A stretch of DNA of 64,000 nt, from positions 3,936,001-4,000,000 of the forward strand of contig OZ242010.1 in NCBI GenBank assembly GCA_965204745.1, written 5' to 3'. The notes under the pieces are model-generated. The model ran no database searches, was not told where the DNA came from, and worked only from the letters and a program-made list of their open reading frames with translations. Positions within the stretch are counted from its first letter, which is position 1. The number at the start of each line of letters is the position of its first letter. This document shows positions 10,419 through 20,344 of this stretch, one piece after another. The DNA comes from Candidatus Latescibacterota bacterium (GTDB taxonomy: Bacteria; Latescibacterota; UBA2968). The translations under genes and the position numbers were made by a program.

Positions 10419-12557
10419 ATGCCGCAAGACAGGTATAAAACGCTTTTCTACGCTTTGATCGCGCTCTATGGCGTCCTCATCTTGAGTACGTTTCGCCAGT
10501 ATGGCATCACCGTCGATGAACCCCCTCAAGTGGCTTATGGACAGGCCATATTTGACTGGTACTTTGGTGAGGGTAATATCACAGACCTTTTTGAGAAAGA
10601 TAAAGCCCTTGAACTCTATGGCGTCTTGTTTAACCTCGTCGCTTACAGTACATCTCAACTCCTTCCCTTTGACATTTATGACGCGCACCACCTCGCCAAC
10701 GCAGTCGTAGGGCTACTAGGCGTTGTAATCGTTTACAAAATCGGCACAGCCCTGGGCACATCATCCACGGGGTTGCTCGCAGCGGTTCTCCTTTTGCTCA
10801 TGCCCCGTTATTACGGGCACGCTTTTAATAATCCCAAAGATATCCCTTTTGCGATATGTTATGCGTGGAGTCTCTATCACCTAATACGCGGTTTGGGCGA
10901 AATCCCTCATCTCTCGTGGAAAAGAATCATCTTCACGGGGTTGGGCATAGGGACGGCGTTGGGCACGCGCGTTGGTGGATTAATCCTTTTTGCCTATCTC
11001 GGTTTATTTTGGACACTGGCTTATGTTTTTTTACTGACAACGCGCAACAAAATCGCGCATCTCAAAATGTATGCGATTCAACTGGGTTGCGTCATCGCCA
11101 TAGCCTGGGTTGTCATGCTCGCGGTTTGGCCTCGCGCACAGCAAGAGCCCTTTACCTATCCATTTTATGCGTTGCGTTATTTTTCCCATTTTACGCATCA
11201 CAACACCACATTTTTTGATGGACAAATCGTACTAAGTGTCGATGTTCCGCGAAATTACGCTTTGCAATGGCTGGCGATGGTCCTGCCCGAACTCCATATG
11301 ATCTGTCTCGTCGCGGGCCTGTACTATCTCGTTTGTCATTTCAAAAAACGCACGCTATCACATCGCCATTTGCAATGGGCACTCATCGCCTTTGCCGTTG
11401 TATTTCCACTTGCTTACGTTATCGCGATCCGCGCCCCACTTTACGCTGGTTTTCGCCATTTCTTATTTATTTTGCCGCCGCTGGCAGTCTTATGCGCGGG
11501 GGGTTTAGAACGCACATTCCGACACCTTCTCCAGCGCGTCCGCATCGTCTGGATCATACCCGTTTTGCTCGCTGGCCTCACGCTCTACGACATGATTCGC
11601 CTACATCCCAATGAGTATGTGTATTTCAATCGAATTTATGCCGGCGGTCTGTTCAAGGCGGCGCAAAAATATGACACCGACTATTGGGAAAATACCTATA
11701 AACAGGGCATTGCTTGGCTAGATAAGCACTACGCCATGCTTGCGAAAGGTCGCTCTAAACTTCGCGTTGGCGCGGAAAGCAAAAATGCACAATACATGCT
11801 CGATAAAGCGCGATATGTGTTCAACCCCGTGCCAGAACACATCGATGTGTATTTGAGCACGACCCGCGAAAACCACCACAAGTTGGTTCCCGGAGAGATC
11901 TTTCACATAGTCAAGAGAGACCGAGTGCCTCTTTTTTACGTCATCCGCGCGGACAGCAGTTATGACACCGATCCATTCTTCATCCACCCTGCCAGTCGAT
12001 ACTCAATATTAGGGTGGAAATACATCAGAGAAAAAAATTATCCAGGCGCATGTGAGGCTTACAAAAATGCCCTCCACCACGCCCCAAAGGAGCCGTTTTT
12101 ACATACCAAAATAGGTTTTGTTTATTTGCAATTAAAAGAATACGAAAAAGCCCGAGAACATCTCGAGCGGTCTCTCGTCCTTAACCCCAGATACGCCGAG
12201 GCGTATCGCCATTTGGGCCAGGTGTATATTGCCCTCAATCAATACGATAAAGCATTGGCTACCTATCACAAACTTTCGACTCACACGCCAGAATTTGCAG
12301 ACATCTATTTTAACATAGGCGTTCTCTCGCTCAAACAATTGCAATTTGAATCTGCAATTGAGGCATTTGAAAAGGTGCTTCAATACAGGCCCACAGATCA
12401 CGAAGCTCATTGGTATCTCGCTGTGGCCTATGAACACAGCAATCTCATTTTGAAAGCAATTGGCGCCTATCGCAATGTCCTGAAATACAAAGGCGCCGAT
12501 CCCAAAATCAGCGCGAAAATACAAGCCCTTCAAAATACACGACAAAAGCGTGAATAG
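10419..12557 (+). CDS. ArnT/PMT-like (GT-C) membrane glycosyltransferase with C-terminal TPR repeats
   Basis: YGITVDE, YGHAFNNPKDIP, many TM helices, DTDYW, TPR repeats. Confidence 0.75.
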   Translation: MPQDRYKTLFYALIALYGVLILSTFRQYGITVDEPPQVAYGQAIFDWYFGEGNITDLFEKDKALELYGVLFNLVAYSTSQLLPFDIYDAHHLANAVVGLLGVVIVYKIGTALGTSSTGLLAAVLLLLMPRYYGHAFNNPKDIPFAICYAWSLYHLIRGLGEIPHLSWKRIIFTGLGIGTALGTRVGGLILFAYLGLFWTLAYVFLLTTRNKIAHLKMYAIQLGCVIAIAWVVMLAVWPRAQQEPFTYPFYALRYFSHFTHHNTTFFDGQIVLSVDVPRNYALQWLAMVLPELHMICLVAGLYYLVCHFKKRTLSHRHLQWALIAFAVVFPLAYVIAIRAPLYAGFRHFLFILPPLAVLCAGGLERTFRHLLQRVRIVWIIPVLLAGLTLYDMIRLHPNEYVYFNRIYAGGLFKAAQKYDTDYWENTYKQGIAWLDKHYAMLAKGRSKLRVGAESKNAQYMLDKARYVFNPVPEHIDVYLSTTRENHHKLVPGEIFHIVKRDRVPLFYVIRADSSYDTDPFFIHPASRYSILGWKYIREKNYPGACEAYKNALHHAPKEPFLHTKIGFVYLQLKEYEKAREHLERSLVLNPRYAEAYRHLGQVYIALNQYDKALATYHKLSTHTPEFADIYFNIGVLSLKQLQFESAIEAFEKVLQYRPTDHEAHWYLAVAYEHSNLILKAIGAYRNVLKYKGADPKISAKIQALQNTRQKRE

Positions 12558-12730
12558 ATGGCACGGGGTACAACCGACCGTTTTTCAGGCCAGTTCACAG
12601 ACGGCCGCAGTTTCCAAAGGCGGTCAGCAATGCACTGTATTTCACAAGCCCCGATATGGCGGATGTTGAACTGGATGGCCTGAGTCACCTTAAACGCTCA
12701 CACCGAGGCACCAAACGAGTAGAGTGACAT

Positions 12731-12760
12731 TTGCGCTTTACAGAAAGTTTGTGGTATAAT
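12731..12760 (+). promoter_or_regulatory. Putative sigma70 promoter for lpdA
   Basis: TTGCGC-N18-TATAAT with extended -10 TG. Confidence 0.6.
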
Positions 12761-12834
12761 ACTTTGAGCGCAGAAGAAAAGCCGCTTTGATGACTTGTAG
12801 GATACGGACAACTTGAAATTGAATGGGTATAACC

Positions 12835-14220
12835 ATGACAAACTCTACATTTGATCTCATCGTTATCGGCGCAGGGCCGGGGGGGTATGTCGCTGCGATT
12901 CGCGCGGCGCAACTGGGCATGCGCGTGGCGTGCGTTGAAAAACGCGCACTGGGCGGCACCTGCCTCAATGTGGGTTGTATTCCGAGTAAGGCCCTGCTGG
13001 AATCGAGCGAATTGTTTCACCGCGCACAGACCGCGTTGGGTGTTCACGGCGTCATGGTCGAGGGTATTACACTCGATTTGGCGGGCATGATGAAGCGCAA
13101 GTCCGATATCGTTCGGAAAATGGCGGCCGGGATCCGCGGCCTGTTTCGCAAGCACAATGTGACGCATATCCCGGGCACGGCGCGGTTGATGGGCGACGGC
13201 GAGGTCGATGTCGAAGGGGAGATGTATTCGGCAACGCGCATTTTGATCGCCACGGGCAGTTCCGAGATCGAATTGCCCAATTTGCCCTACGATGGCGAGT
13301 GCGTGATCAGTTCCACCGAGGCTTTGGCACTGGACGCAGTGCCCGAGCGGATGATCGTCATCGGCGCGGGCGCAATCGGCCTCGAGTTGGGGTCCGTGTG
13401 GCGTCGCTTGGGGGCCGAGGTGCATGTGGTCGAATTTCTCGACGGGATCGCGCCGACAATGGACCGAGAACTGTGCCGCGCCCTGCAAAAGCTGTTGGAA
13501 AAACAGGGGTTGACATTCGCGTTTGAAACGCGGGCCGAAGCGGCCGAGGTTTGCGATAGCAACGTGACCGCAACCCTTGTGCAAGGCGAGGAGACGACTT
13601 TTGAAACGTGTGATAAATTGCTGGTCGCCGTGGGGCGAAAGCCCAATACCGAGGGGCTTGGGGCCGAAGAGGTGGGCTTGGCAATGGACGATAAGGGCCG
13701 CATTTTGGTCGATGAAAAATTTGAGACCAATGTGCCCGGCGTCTATGCCATCGGCGATGTAATCCCCGGTCCGATGCTGGCGCACAAGGCAGAAGAAGAG
13801 GGGATTGCAGCGGTAGAACGCATGGCCGACAAAGCCGGGCATGTGAATTACCACGCAATCCCCAATGTGGTGTACACGCATCCGGAACTCGCATCGGTCG
13901 GCCTCACCGAAGAACAGGTCAAAGAGCGGGGGATGCCCTACAAGGTGGGCAAATTTCCCCTGATTGCCAATGGTCGCGCCCATGCCTTAGACGCCACAGA
14001 TGGCCTGGTGAAGATCATCGCGCACGAGAAAACGGATCGCGTTTTGGGCGTCCACATCTTGGCGGCCCACGCCTCGGATATGCTCGCCGAAGGCGTGCTC
14101 GCAATGGAATTTTCCGCTAGCGCAGAGGATATCGCCCGCACCATGCACGCGCACCCCACGCTTGCCGAAACCCTCAAAGAAGCCGCGCTCAACGTCGCGC
14201 AAGAGGCGATTCACATTTAG
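12835..14220 (+). CDS. lpdA: Dihydrolipoyl dehydrogenase (E3)
   Basis: GAGPGGY, GGTCLNVGCIPSK and HAHPTLAE motifs. Confidence 0.96.
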   Translation: MTNSTFDLIVIGAGPGGYVAAIRAAQLGMRVACVEKRALGGTCLNVGCIPSKALLESSELFHRAQTALGVHGVMVEGITLDLAGMMKRKSDIVRKMAAGIRGLFRKHNVTHIPGTARLMGDGEVDVEGEMYSATRILIATGSSEIELPNLPYDGECVISSTEALALDAVPERMIVIGAGAIGLELGSVWRRLGAEVHVVEFLDGIAPTMDRELCRALQKLLEKQGLTFAFETRAEAAEVCDSNVTATLVQGEETTFETCDKLLVAVGRKPNTEGLGAEEVGLAMDDKGRILVDEKFETNVPGVYAIGDVIPGPMLAHKAEEEGIAAVERMADKAGHVNYHAIPNVVYTHPELASVGLTEEQVKERGMPYKVGKFPLIANGRAHALDATDGLVKIIAHEKTDRVLGVHILAAHASDMLAEGVLAMEFSASAEDIARTMHAHPTLAETLKEAALNVAQEAIHI

Positions 14221-14238
14221 AAGTCGTCTTAAATTACA

Positions 14239-15213
14239 ATGTCCACCACACCTGAAATCACGGTCCAAAACCTCCGAAAAACATATCGCGTTCCCGAGCG
14301 GAAATCCGGATTGGGCGCGGCCATCAAAAGCCTGGTCTCGCGCACCACGCACGACATCCAAGCCGTCAAAAGCATCTCCTTTGACGTCGCGCCGGGGGAG
14401 ATCGTCGGCTTCTTAGGCCCCAATGGCGCGGGCAAAACCACCACCCTCAAAATGCTCTCGGGCCTGTTGCATCCAACCTCGGGCACCCTCTCTGTCTTGG
14501 GGCACACCCCGCACGCACGCCACAAAGACTTTCTCAGCCGCATCACTTTGGTCATGGGCCAGCGCAACCAACTCATGTGGGACATCCCCGTCGCCGACTC
14601 GTTTGAACGCAACCGCGCCATTTACCGCATCTCCCGCCGCGACTACGACCAAACCCTCGGCGAACTCAACGCCCTGCTCGACCTGAATGACCTGCTCGCC
14701 AAACCCGTCCGCAACCTGTCCTTGGGCGAACGCATGAAATGCGAAATCGCCGCGGCCTTGCTCCACCGCCCGCAAGTCCTCTTCCTCGACGAACCCACCA
14801 TTGGCCTCGACGTCGCCATGCAACGCCGCATCCGCGCTTTTATCGGGGAATACAACCGCCATCACAGCGCGACCGTCTTGCTCACCTCGCACTACATGGC
14901 CGACGTGGAAGCCCTGTGCAAACGGGTCATCGTCATTCACCGCGGGGACATCCTCTTTGACGGGGACCTCAACGCGCTCGTAGAACGCTTTTCACCGCAC
15001 AAAACCATTGTCGTCGATCTGGAAACGGACCGCGCAGACCTCTCAGCCTACGGCGACATCGTCACCGCCGAAGGCAGTCGCGTCACCCTTCGCGTGCCCA
15101 AAACAAAAACCGCCGAGGTCACCGGAAAACTGCTCGCGGACCTCCCCATCATCGACCTCACCGTTCAAGACCCGCCTATCGAGGAGGTGATTGAACAGGT
15201 GTTTGCGTCGTAG
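14239..15213 (+). CDS. ABC-2 type transporter ATP-binding protein
   Basis: GPNGAGKTT, LSLGERMK and FLDEPT motifs. Confidence 0.9.
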   Translation: MSTTPEITVQNLRKTYRVPERKSGLGAAIKSLVSRTTHDIQAVKSISFDVAPGEIVGFLGPNGAGKTTTLKMLSGLLHPTSGTLSVLGHTPHARHKDFLSRITLVMGQRNQLMWDIPVADSFERNRAIYRISRRDYDQTLGELNALLDLNDLLAKPVRNLSLGERMKCEIAAALLHRPQVLFLDEPTIGLDVAMQRRIRAFIGEYNRHHSATVLLTSHYMADVEALCKRVIVIHRGDILFDGDLNALVERFSPHKTIVVDLETDRADLSAYGDIVTAEGSRVTLRVPKTKTAEVTGKLLADLPIIDLTVQDPPIEEVIEQVFAS

Positions 15214-15366
15214 GGTGTCACGCACAGTAAGAAGTAAGAGGGGAGAGGCGAGAGGCAAGAGGCAAGAGGGGAGAAGGCTACCGCGCTGTTCCTCAAGTTG
15301 TCAGTTGTCAGTTGTCAGTTGTCAGTTGTCAGTTGTCAGTTGTCAGTTGTCAGTTGTCAGTTGTCA

Positions 15367-16393
15367 ATGCGAATTAAGAGTAGAAAGCGAGTAAGAAGCA
15401 AGCCGCGGTCAATCGCCCAAAGACATGAACGAGTAAGCCCTCATAGGATCGTACCCGAGACGCCATCGAGATGTTCGTCTTTCGTTCAGGATCGTACCCG
15501 AGACGCCATCGAGATGTTCGTCTTTCGTTCAATCCAACTGAACAAGGCCTCAATCGGCTGTCGTATGCTCGAAACCGCCCGAGAATAGTCTTTTTCGGCT
15601 TCGGTCAGGCTTTCTTGTCCCTTCTTGCGCTTCACCGGCGTCTCGAAGATCAGGTTCTGCTGTTTGCTAAGCGTGTCTTTTAAGGGCTGATCGGCGTAGA
15701 TTTTATCGCCGTAGAGGTGTCCATCACGCAAAACGGGTAAGACTTGTCGCAAAGCGGTCAGGTCATGCTCTGCTGCACCTGTCAAGCCGATGTACTCTGC
15801 TTTCGGGAGGCCGTTCTCACGGTCTTGTGCGACAATGTGCAGTTTGGTGCCGTAATACCACATCTTTTTGGAAGCGCAGCGGCCTTTGTTGGCCAGTTGT
15901 TCTTCGGCCACACACGCCTGACCGCTGCGTGCCGATTGTGCCATGACAATCGGCATGGAATCCACCAAGTAGGTGTGTTCAGAGAGATCGGTTGCGGGAC
16001 TGTCCTTTTGGATTTGTTCAATCAATGGCGCGAAGACCACACACAAGCGGTTCAACCGCTGGATATAGCCTGCATAAGTGGGCAGATGGGGAAACCAGTC
16101 GGAAAGATGATCCTTGGTATAGGTATAAATCGCCTTGATCTGCGTGTGCTGTTGCATGATCCCAAACAAATAGATCGTCAGCACTTCTTCATCTGTGAAG
16201 GTCGGCGTATCGTTATTGCTCATGCGTTCCGTATAAAACCACAGATGCTTTTGGTCATACTGCTGACAAATATAGACATACAAGTGAATGAGTTTATCTT
16301 GCCAATCCATCGCGTGCTCCTTCCTTTAAGGGTGAAATGACTGAGCCCTCAAGAAAAGACAAGTACGCGATGGATTCAACTCTTAATTCGCAT
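15367..16393 (-). mobile_element. IS982-family insertion sequence (about 1027 bp)
   Basis: Terminal inverted repeats ATGCGAATTAAGAGT[A/T]GAA at both ends; TGTCA on both flanks; exact end could shift by 1-2 bp. Confidence 0.88.
15374..16310 (-). pseudogene. IS982 DDE transposase truncated by a 43-bp tandem duplication
   Basis: VDSMP, YYGTKLH, GDKIY and RQPIE motifs; duplication 15445-15487/15488-15530 gives a stop at 15486; native tail YEGLLVHVFGRLTAACFLLAFYS* lies out of frame. Confidence 0.85.
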
Positions 16394-16456
16394 TGTCAGT
16401 TGTCAGTTGTCAGTTGTCAGTTGTCAGTTGTCAGTCCGCCCCGCCCAATCCCCGTC

Positions 16457-16483
16457 GTAGGGGCGATGCCCCTGTGCTCGTCC
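16457..16483 (+). repeat. GTAG-type REP-like palindrome (relatives at 17741-17767 reverse, 24501-24526, 60126-60152, degenerate near 1686)
   Basis: GTAGGG.C...CCC.TGTGCT.G.CC imperfect hairpin repeated in several gaps. Confidence 0.6.
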
Positions 16484-16571
16484 AAAGCTACAAGAGGGGA
16501 GAAGGTAGCCGTGTTATCCCTCTCATCGCCTGAAAACAAAACACCTACTGATCACTCCAAAGGATCACCTT

Positions 16572-17735
16572 TTGCATTCTATCGTCACACACGCGCGACG
16601 CGCTTTTGAATCGGTTTTTGATGGGCGGGCGGATGTGCTCGCGCAGGCACCGGGGCGCGTCAATTTGATTGGGGAACACACGGACTACAACGAGGGCTTT
16701 GTGTTTCCCGCGGCGATTGACCGATGGGTCGTTGTCGCGGCGCGGTTGAGAACCGATCAGCGCGTGCGGATTTACGCGGCGATGTACGATGAGATGGTCG
16801 AGTTTCGGGTCGATGACACAGCAGAGGCACAGGGGAATTGGGCGGATTATCCCAAAGGAGTGGTGCGCGAGTTTCAGCAACTCGGGCATCGGCTGGGCGG
16901 TTTTGATGCGGCGATAGTGGGCGATGTGCCCGTAGGCGCGGGGTTGGGCAGTTCGGCGGCTGTCGAGATGGCGATGGGTACGGCAATCGCTTCGTTGAAC
17001 GATATCGCGATCAGCAAACCCGATTTGGCCCTGTTGGGACAGCGTGCGGAAAATCGCTATGTGGGCGTCAACTGCGGGATTATGGACCAATTCGTCTCTA
17101 CCAATGCGCGGGCCGATCACGCATTGTTTCTCGATTGCCGCGATCTCTCGTTTGAGCTCGTCCCCCTGTTTGATGACGGGGTTCGCATTGTGATTTGCAA
17201 TTCGGCCGTGACGCGCGGGTTGACGGATTCCGCGTACAATGCGCGACGCTCCGCCTGTGAAACCGGGGTGTCGCATCTCGCCCGGGCGATGGGGACAAAG
17301 ATAGGGGCACTGCGCGACGTATCGCTGGAGATGCTCAACATGTATCGCGGCGTGCTATCGGCAACGGTTTTGAAGCGATGCCGCCATGTGATCGCGGAAA
17401 ACGACCGCACACAGCGGGCCGTTGCATTGCTCAAAGCGGGCGACCTATCGGGTTTTGGGCAATTGATGATCGCATCCCACGAGAGTTTGCGAGACGATTA
17501 CGAGGTAAGCGGGAGGGAACTCGACCTGTTGGTCGAAATCGCGTTGCGCGTGCCGGGGGTGTTCGGCGCGCGGATGACGGGCGCGGGTTTTGGCGGGTGC
17601 ATTGTCAATGTGGTCAAACGCGACGCCGTGCTAGCCCTGACCGATGCGATAAACGCAACGTATCCCCAACAAACCGGGCTGACCCCTGAGATTTACGTCT
17701 GTTCATCCGTCAACGGCGCGACGCGGATAGCGTGA
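16572..17735 (+). CDS. galK: Galactokinase
   Basis: GRVNLIGEHTDYNEG, GAGLGSSAA, CGIMDQ and GARMTGAGFGGC motifs. Confidence 0.9.
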   Translation: MHSIVTHARRAFESVFDGRADVLAQAPGRVNLIGEHTDYNEGFVFPAAIDRWVVVAARLRTDQRVRIYAAMYDEMVEFRVDDTAEAQGNWADYPKGVVREFQQLGHRLGGFDAAIVGDVPVGAGLGSSAAVEMAMGTAIASLNDIAISKPDLALLGQRAENRYVGVNCGIMDQFVSTNARADHALFLDCRDLSFELVPLFDDGVRIVICNSAVTRGLTDSAYNARRSACETGVSHLARAMGTKIGALRDVSLEMLNMYRGVLSATVLKRCRHVIAENDRTQRAVALLKAGDLSGFGQLMIASHESLRDDYEVSGRELDLLVEIALRVPGVFGARMTGAGFGGCIVNVVKRDAVLALTDAINATYPQQTGLTPEIYVCSSVNGATRIA

Positions 17736-17847
17736 GGTATGGGACAAGCACGGGGGCCTGTCCCTACGGACGATGGAACCAGGATGGAATAAAGGATGGC
17801 TGTTGAGCTAACCGCTTGGGAGTGGAGGTGAGCGGCCTTCTCACCTT

Positions 17848-18195
17848 TTACGGCTCCCCTCTCGCGCCTTTCGCCCCTTGCCGCCTGCGCTTTTTTTTTG
17901 CGTGGCGGCTTTTTTGATTCAGGCGTTTTTCGATAGCGGATCGGCGCGGGCGGGTTTTGATGCGCGGTTTGCGCGGTTTGTTGCGGCTGTTCAGGCGGGT
18001 TTGCAAACGTGCGAGCGCGAGTTTTTTGTTGCGGTATTGCGAGCGGTGTTCTGTGGCGATGGCCGTAATGCCCGTGGGCAGGTGGGTTGCGCGGATGGCG
18101 GTTTCCACTTTGTTGCGGTGTTGACCGCCCGGCCCGGATGCGCGCAAGGGTTGGAATTGAACATCCTTGAGGAGGGCTTCGGTGTTTGTACGCAT
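17848..18195 (-). CDS. Peptidyl-tRNA hydrolase / release-factor-like ribosome rescue protein (ArfB-like)
   Basis: ASGPGGQHRNKVETA GGQ motif and basic C-terminal tail; start at MRTNTE. Confidence 0.85.
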   Translation of the reverse strand: MRTNTEALLKDVQFQPLRASGPGGQHRNKVETAIRATHLPTGITAIATEHRSQYRNKKLALARLQTRLNSRNKPRKPRIKTRPRRSAIEKRLNQKSRHAKKKRRRQGAKGARGEP

Positions 18196-18208
18196 GGCGA
18201 GAAATCGA

Positions 18209-19486
18209 TCAGGCGAGGCCCGCGCGGCGGAGGGCTTCGGCCATGGCATTGTCGCTTTGGGTTTCTTGCGGTTGATTGGACTTGAACGCGGCCATGTCTT
18301 CGGCTTCGGCGGTTTGCCGCGCCGCTTCTTCAACTGCGCGCACCGAGAGCGAGACGCGCTTTTTGCGCGGGTTGATTTCGCGGATCATGGCCTTGATTTC
18401 GTCGCCCACGGCCACGACTTCGCTGGGGTTTGCGAGGCGCTTGCCCGAAACGAATTGCGAGATGTGGACCAGCCCTTCGACCCCGGGTTCGATTTCGACA
18501 AACGCGCCAAAATTTTGGATGGAAACGACCTTGCCCGTGATGACGTTGCCGGTGTGGTACCGGTCGGCAACTTTGTCCCACGGGTCTTTTTTCAGCGCTT
18601 TCAGCGAGAGCGACACGCGCTCGTTTTTCTTTCCCAAGTTTTTGAGCTTGAGAATTTTCACGCGCACCTCTTGGCCTTTTTTTAAGATGTCTCGCGGATG
18701 TGCCACCCGGGTGTGGCTGATTTCCGAGACGTGAATCAGGCCCTCAACGCCATCGAGATCGACAAACGCGCCGAAATTTTCGAGGCGCACGATCTTGCCC
18801 GTTCTCTCTTCGCCTGCCGAGAGTTGGCGACGCACCTCATCGGCTTTTTTGCGGCGTTCTTCTCGCAAGTACGCACGGCGCGAAACCACCACGTTGTTGC
18901 GCCCGCGCAGTTCAACAATTTTGAACGTGAGGACTTGCCCGGCATACGCAGCGGGGTCGTGGCAATACGCGGTGTCGATTTGCGACATGGGACAAAATCC
19001 GCGCACTCCGCCGATGTTGACCACGAGGCCGCCGGCGTTGAAACCGGTGACTTTGCCCTCGATGGGCATGTCGTTTTGATGGGCTTGGCGCAAGACCTGC
19101 CGGCTGGAGGCGCGCAAGGAATGGGTCAAGCGGATTTCGCCATCCGTGCTGGCGACAAAGGCTTCGATGGTGTCGCCGGGCTTGTATTTCAACGCGCCCG
19201 ATTTATCGCGCAAATTTTGGATGTCCATCGATGCCTCGCTGCGACCGCCAAAGTCGATAAACGCGACAGAGGTCCCGATTTCTCGGATCGTGCCCGTGAT
19301 TTTTTCCCCGGGCGAGACCGTGCGATAAGTCTGGCTGTCGCTCTCTTCGAGCAAAGCGGCAAATTCCGCGCTCGGTGCATCGGCGGCGTATTGTTTGTCG
19401 AGTGCGTCAACGCTAGCTGAAGGGGGCGCGACGGATGTTTCGCCTGCGGGTGCAGCACTGCGGGGGGTGTTGTCAGAGGTGCTCAT
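18209..19486 (-). CDS. S1-domain RNA-binding protein (ribosomal protein S1-like, 4 domains)
   Basis: Repeated FGAFV....EGL.H.S S1 motifs. Confidence 0.85.
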   Translation of the reverse strand: MSTSDNTPRSAAPAGETSVAPPSASVDALDKQYAADAPSAEFAALLEESDSQTYRTVSPGEKITGTIREIGTSVAFIDFGGRSEASMDIQNLRDKSGALKYKPGDTIEAFVASTDGEIRLTHSLRASSRQVLRQAHQNDMPIEGKVTGFNAGGLVVNIGGVRGFCPMSQIDTAYCHDPAAYAGQVLTFKIVELRGRNNVVVSRRAYLREERRKKADEVRRQLSAGEERTGKIVRLENFGAFVDLDGVEGLIHVSEISHTRVAHPRDILKKGQEVRVKILKLKNLGKKNERVSLSLKALKKDPWDKVADRYHTGNVITGKVVSIQNFGAFVEIEPGVEGLVHISQFVSGKRLANPSEVVAVGDEIKAMIREINPRKKRVSLSVRAVEEAARQTAEAEDMAAFKSNQPQETQSDNAMAEALRRAGLA

Positions 19487-19693
19487 AGTTCGTAACCTGT
19501 GGAGTGAAAAAAAAGATGCGGAAATTAGGACACAAAATTTATGAAGGATAGCGGAAATAAGCAACCGAATTTTTTTGCGAACAAAAGTCCGTGGAAAAAA
19601 AATAAAGGGAAGTTCTGAAACAAAGTTTCAAAACCGCTGTCTAAAAAAATACCTTCTATTTTCTCAACCCAATTCTTCAACAGGAGGCAAGAG

Positions 19694-20344
19694 ATGTTGC
19701 GTAAATGGGCATTGTTGTTGGGGTTGTTGACTCTGGTCATGGACGCACCGCAATGCGAGGCAGGGGCCGCGCACGGTGTGAAACGCTCTCGGCTTGAAGT
19801 GTGCGGCGGATATTGGAATCCGAGCGGAAGTTCCGAGGCGAACACAGGCGGATTGGTGCGGCAAAGCGTGGCAAATGTGATGTGGTCTGTCGCCTACAGC
19901 TATCAACGCAAAGAAAATCTGGCCCTGACGGTCCGACTCGCCGGATTGGTTGCAGAAGTTGAACAAGGTGTGGGCTGGCTGGGCATATCGCAAGGTGCTG
20001 TCGTTGTGATGCCCGTGCTTTTTGGCGTGCGATACGAATGGCCGTTGCCGCCATCCCCTTTTCGTCCATACCTCGCCGCAAGCGCGGGGCCGTATTTTTT
20101 ATCCCATAGCCGCAACGAGGTTTCGATAAGTGCGGTGGTGCAAGAAGCCAACGTTCAAGCCACCCTCGGAACGTATTTGGGCGGCGGTGTGGATTTTGCG
20201 ATTGGAAAACGCTTCATGCTCGGCGCAGGTGTGGGGTATCATTTGCTCGCGGAGCTCGCGAAAAGAAATTTCAGCGGGCCCGAAGTGTGCATATCTGCGA
20301 GTTTTTTGTGGGGAAGGGAAATAGCGCGGGTTGGCGCGAATTAG
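19694..20344 (+). CDS. Outer-membrane beta-barrel protein (OmpW/OmpA-like)
   Basis: Signal peptide, alternating beta strands, RPYL..G.GPY pattern; AGGAGG RBS. Confidence 0.65.
   Translation: MLRKWALLLGLLTLVMDAPQCEAGAAHGVKRSRLEVCGGYWNPSGSSEANTGGLVRQSVANVMWSVAYSYQRKENLALTVRLAGLVAEVEQGVGWLGISQGAVVVMPVLFGVRYEWPLPPSPFRPYLAASAGPYFLSHSRNEVSISAVVQEANVQATLGTYLGGGVDFAIGKRFMLGAGVGYHLLAELAKRNFSGPEVCISASFLWGREIARVGAN

Larger units (their letters stand above)
15297..16433 (+). repeat. (GTTGTCA)n array split by IS982: 10 units left (15297-15366), about 6 right (16394-16433)
   Basis: Read directly. Confidence 0.92.
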
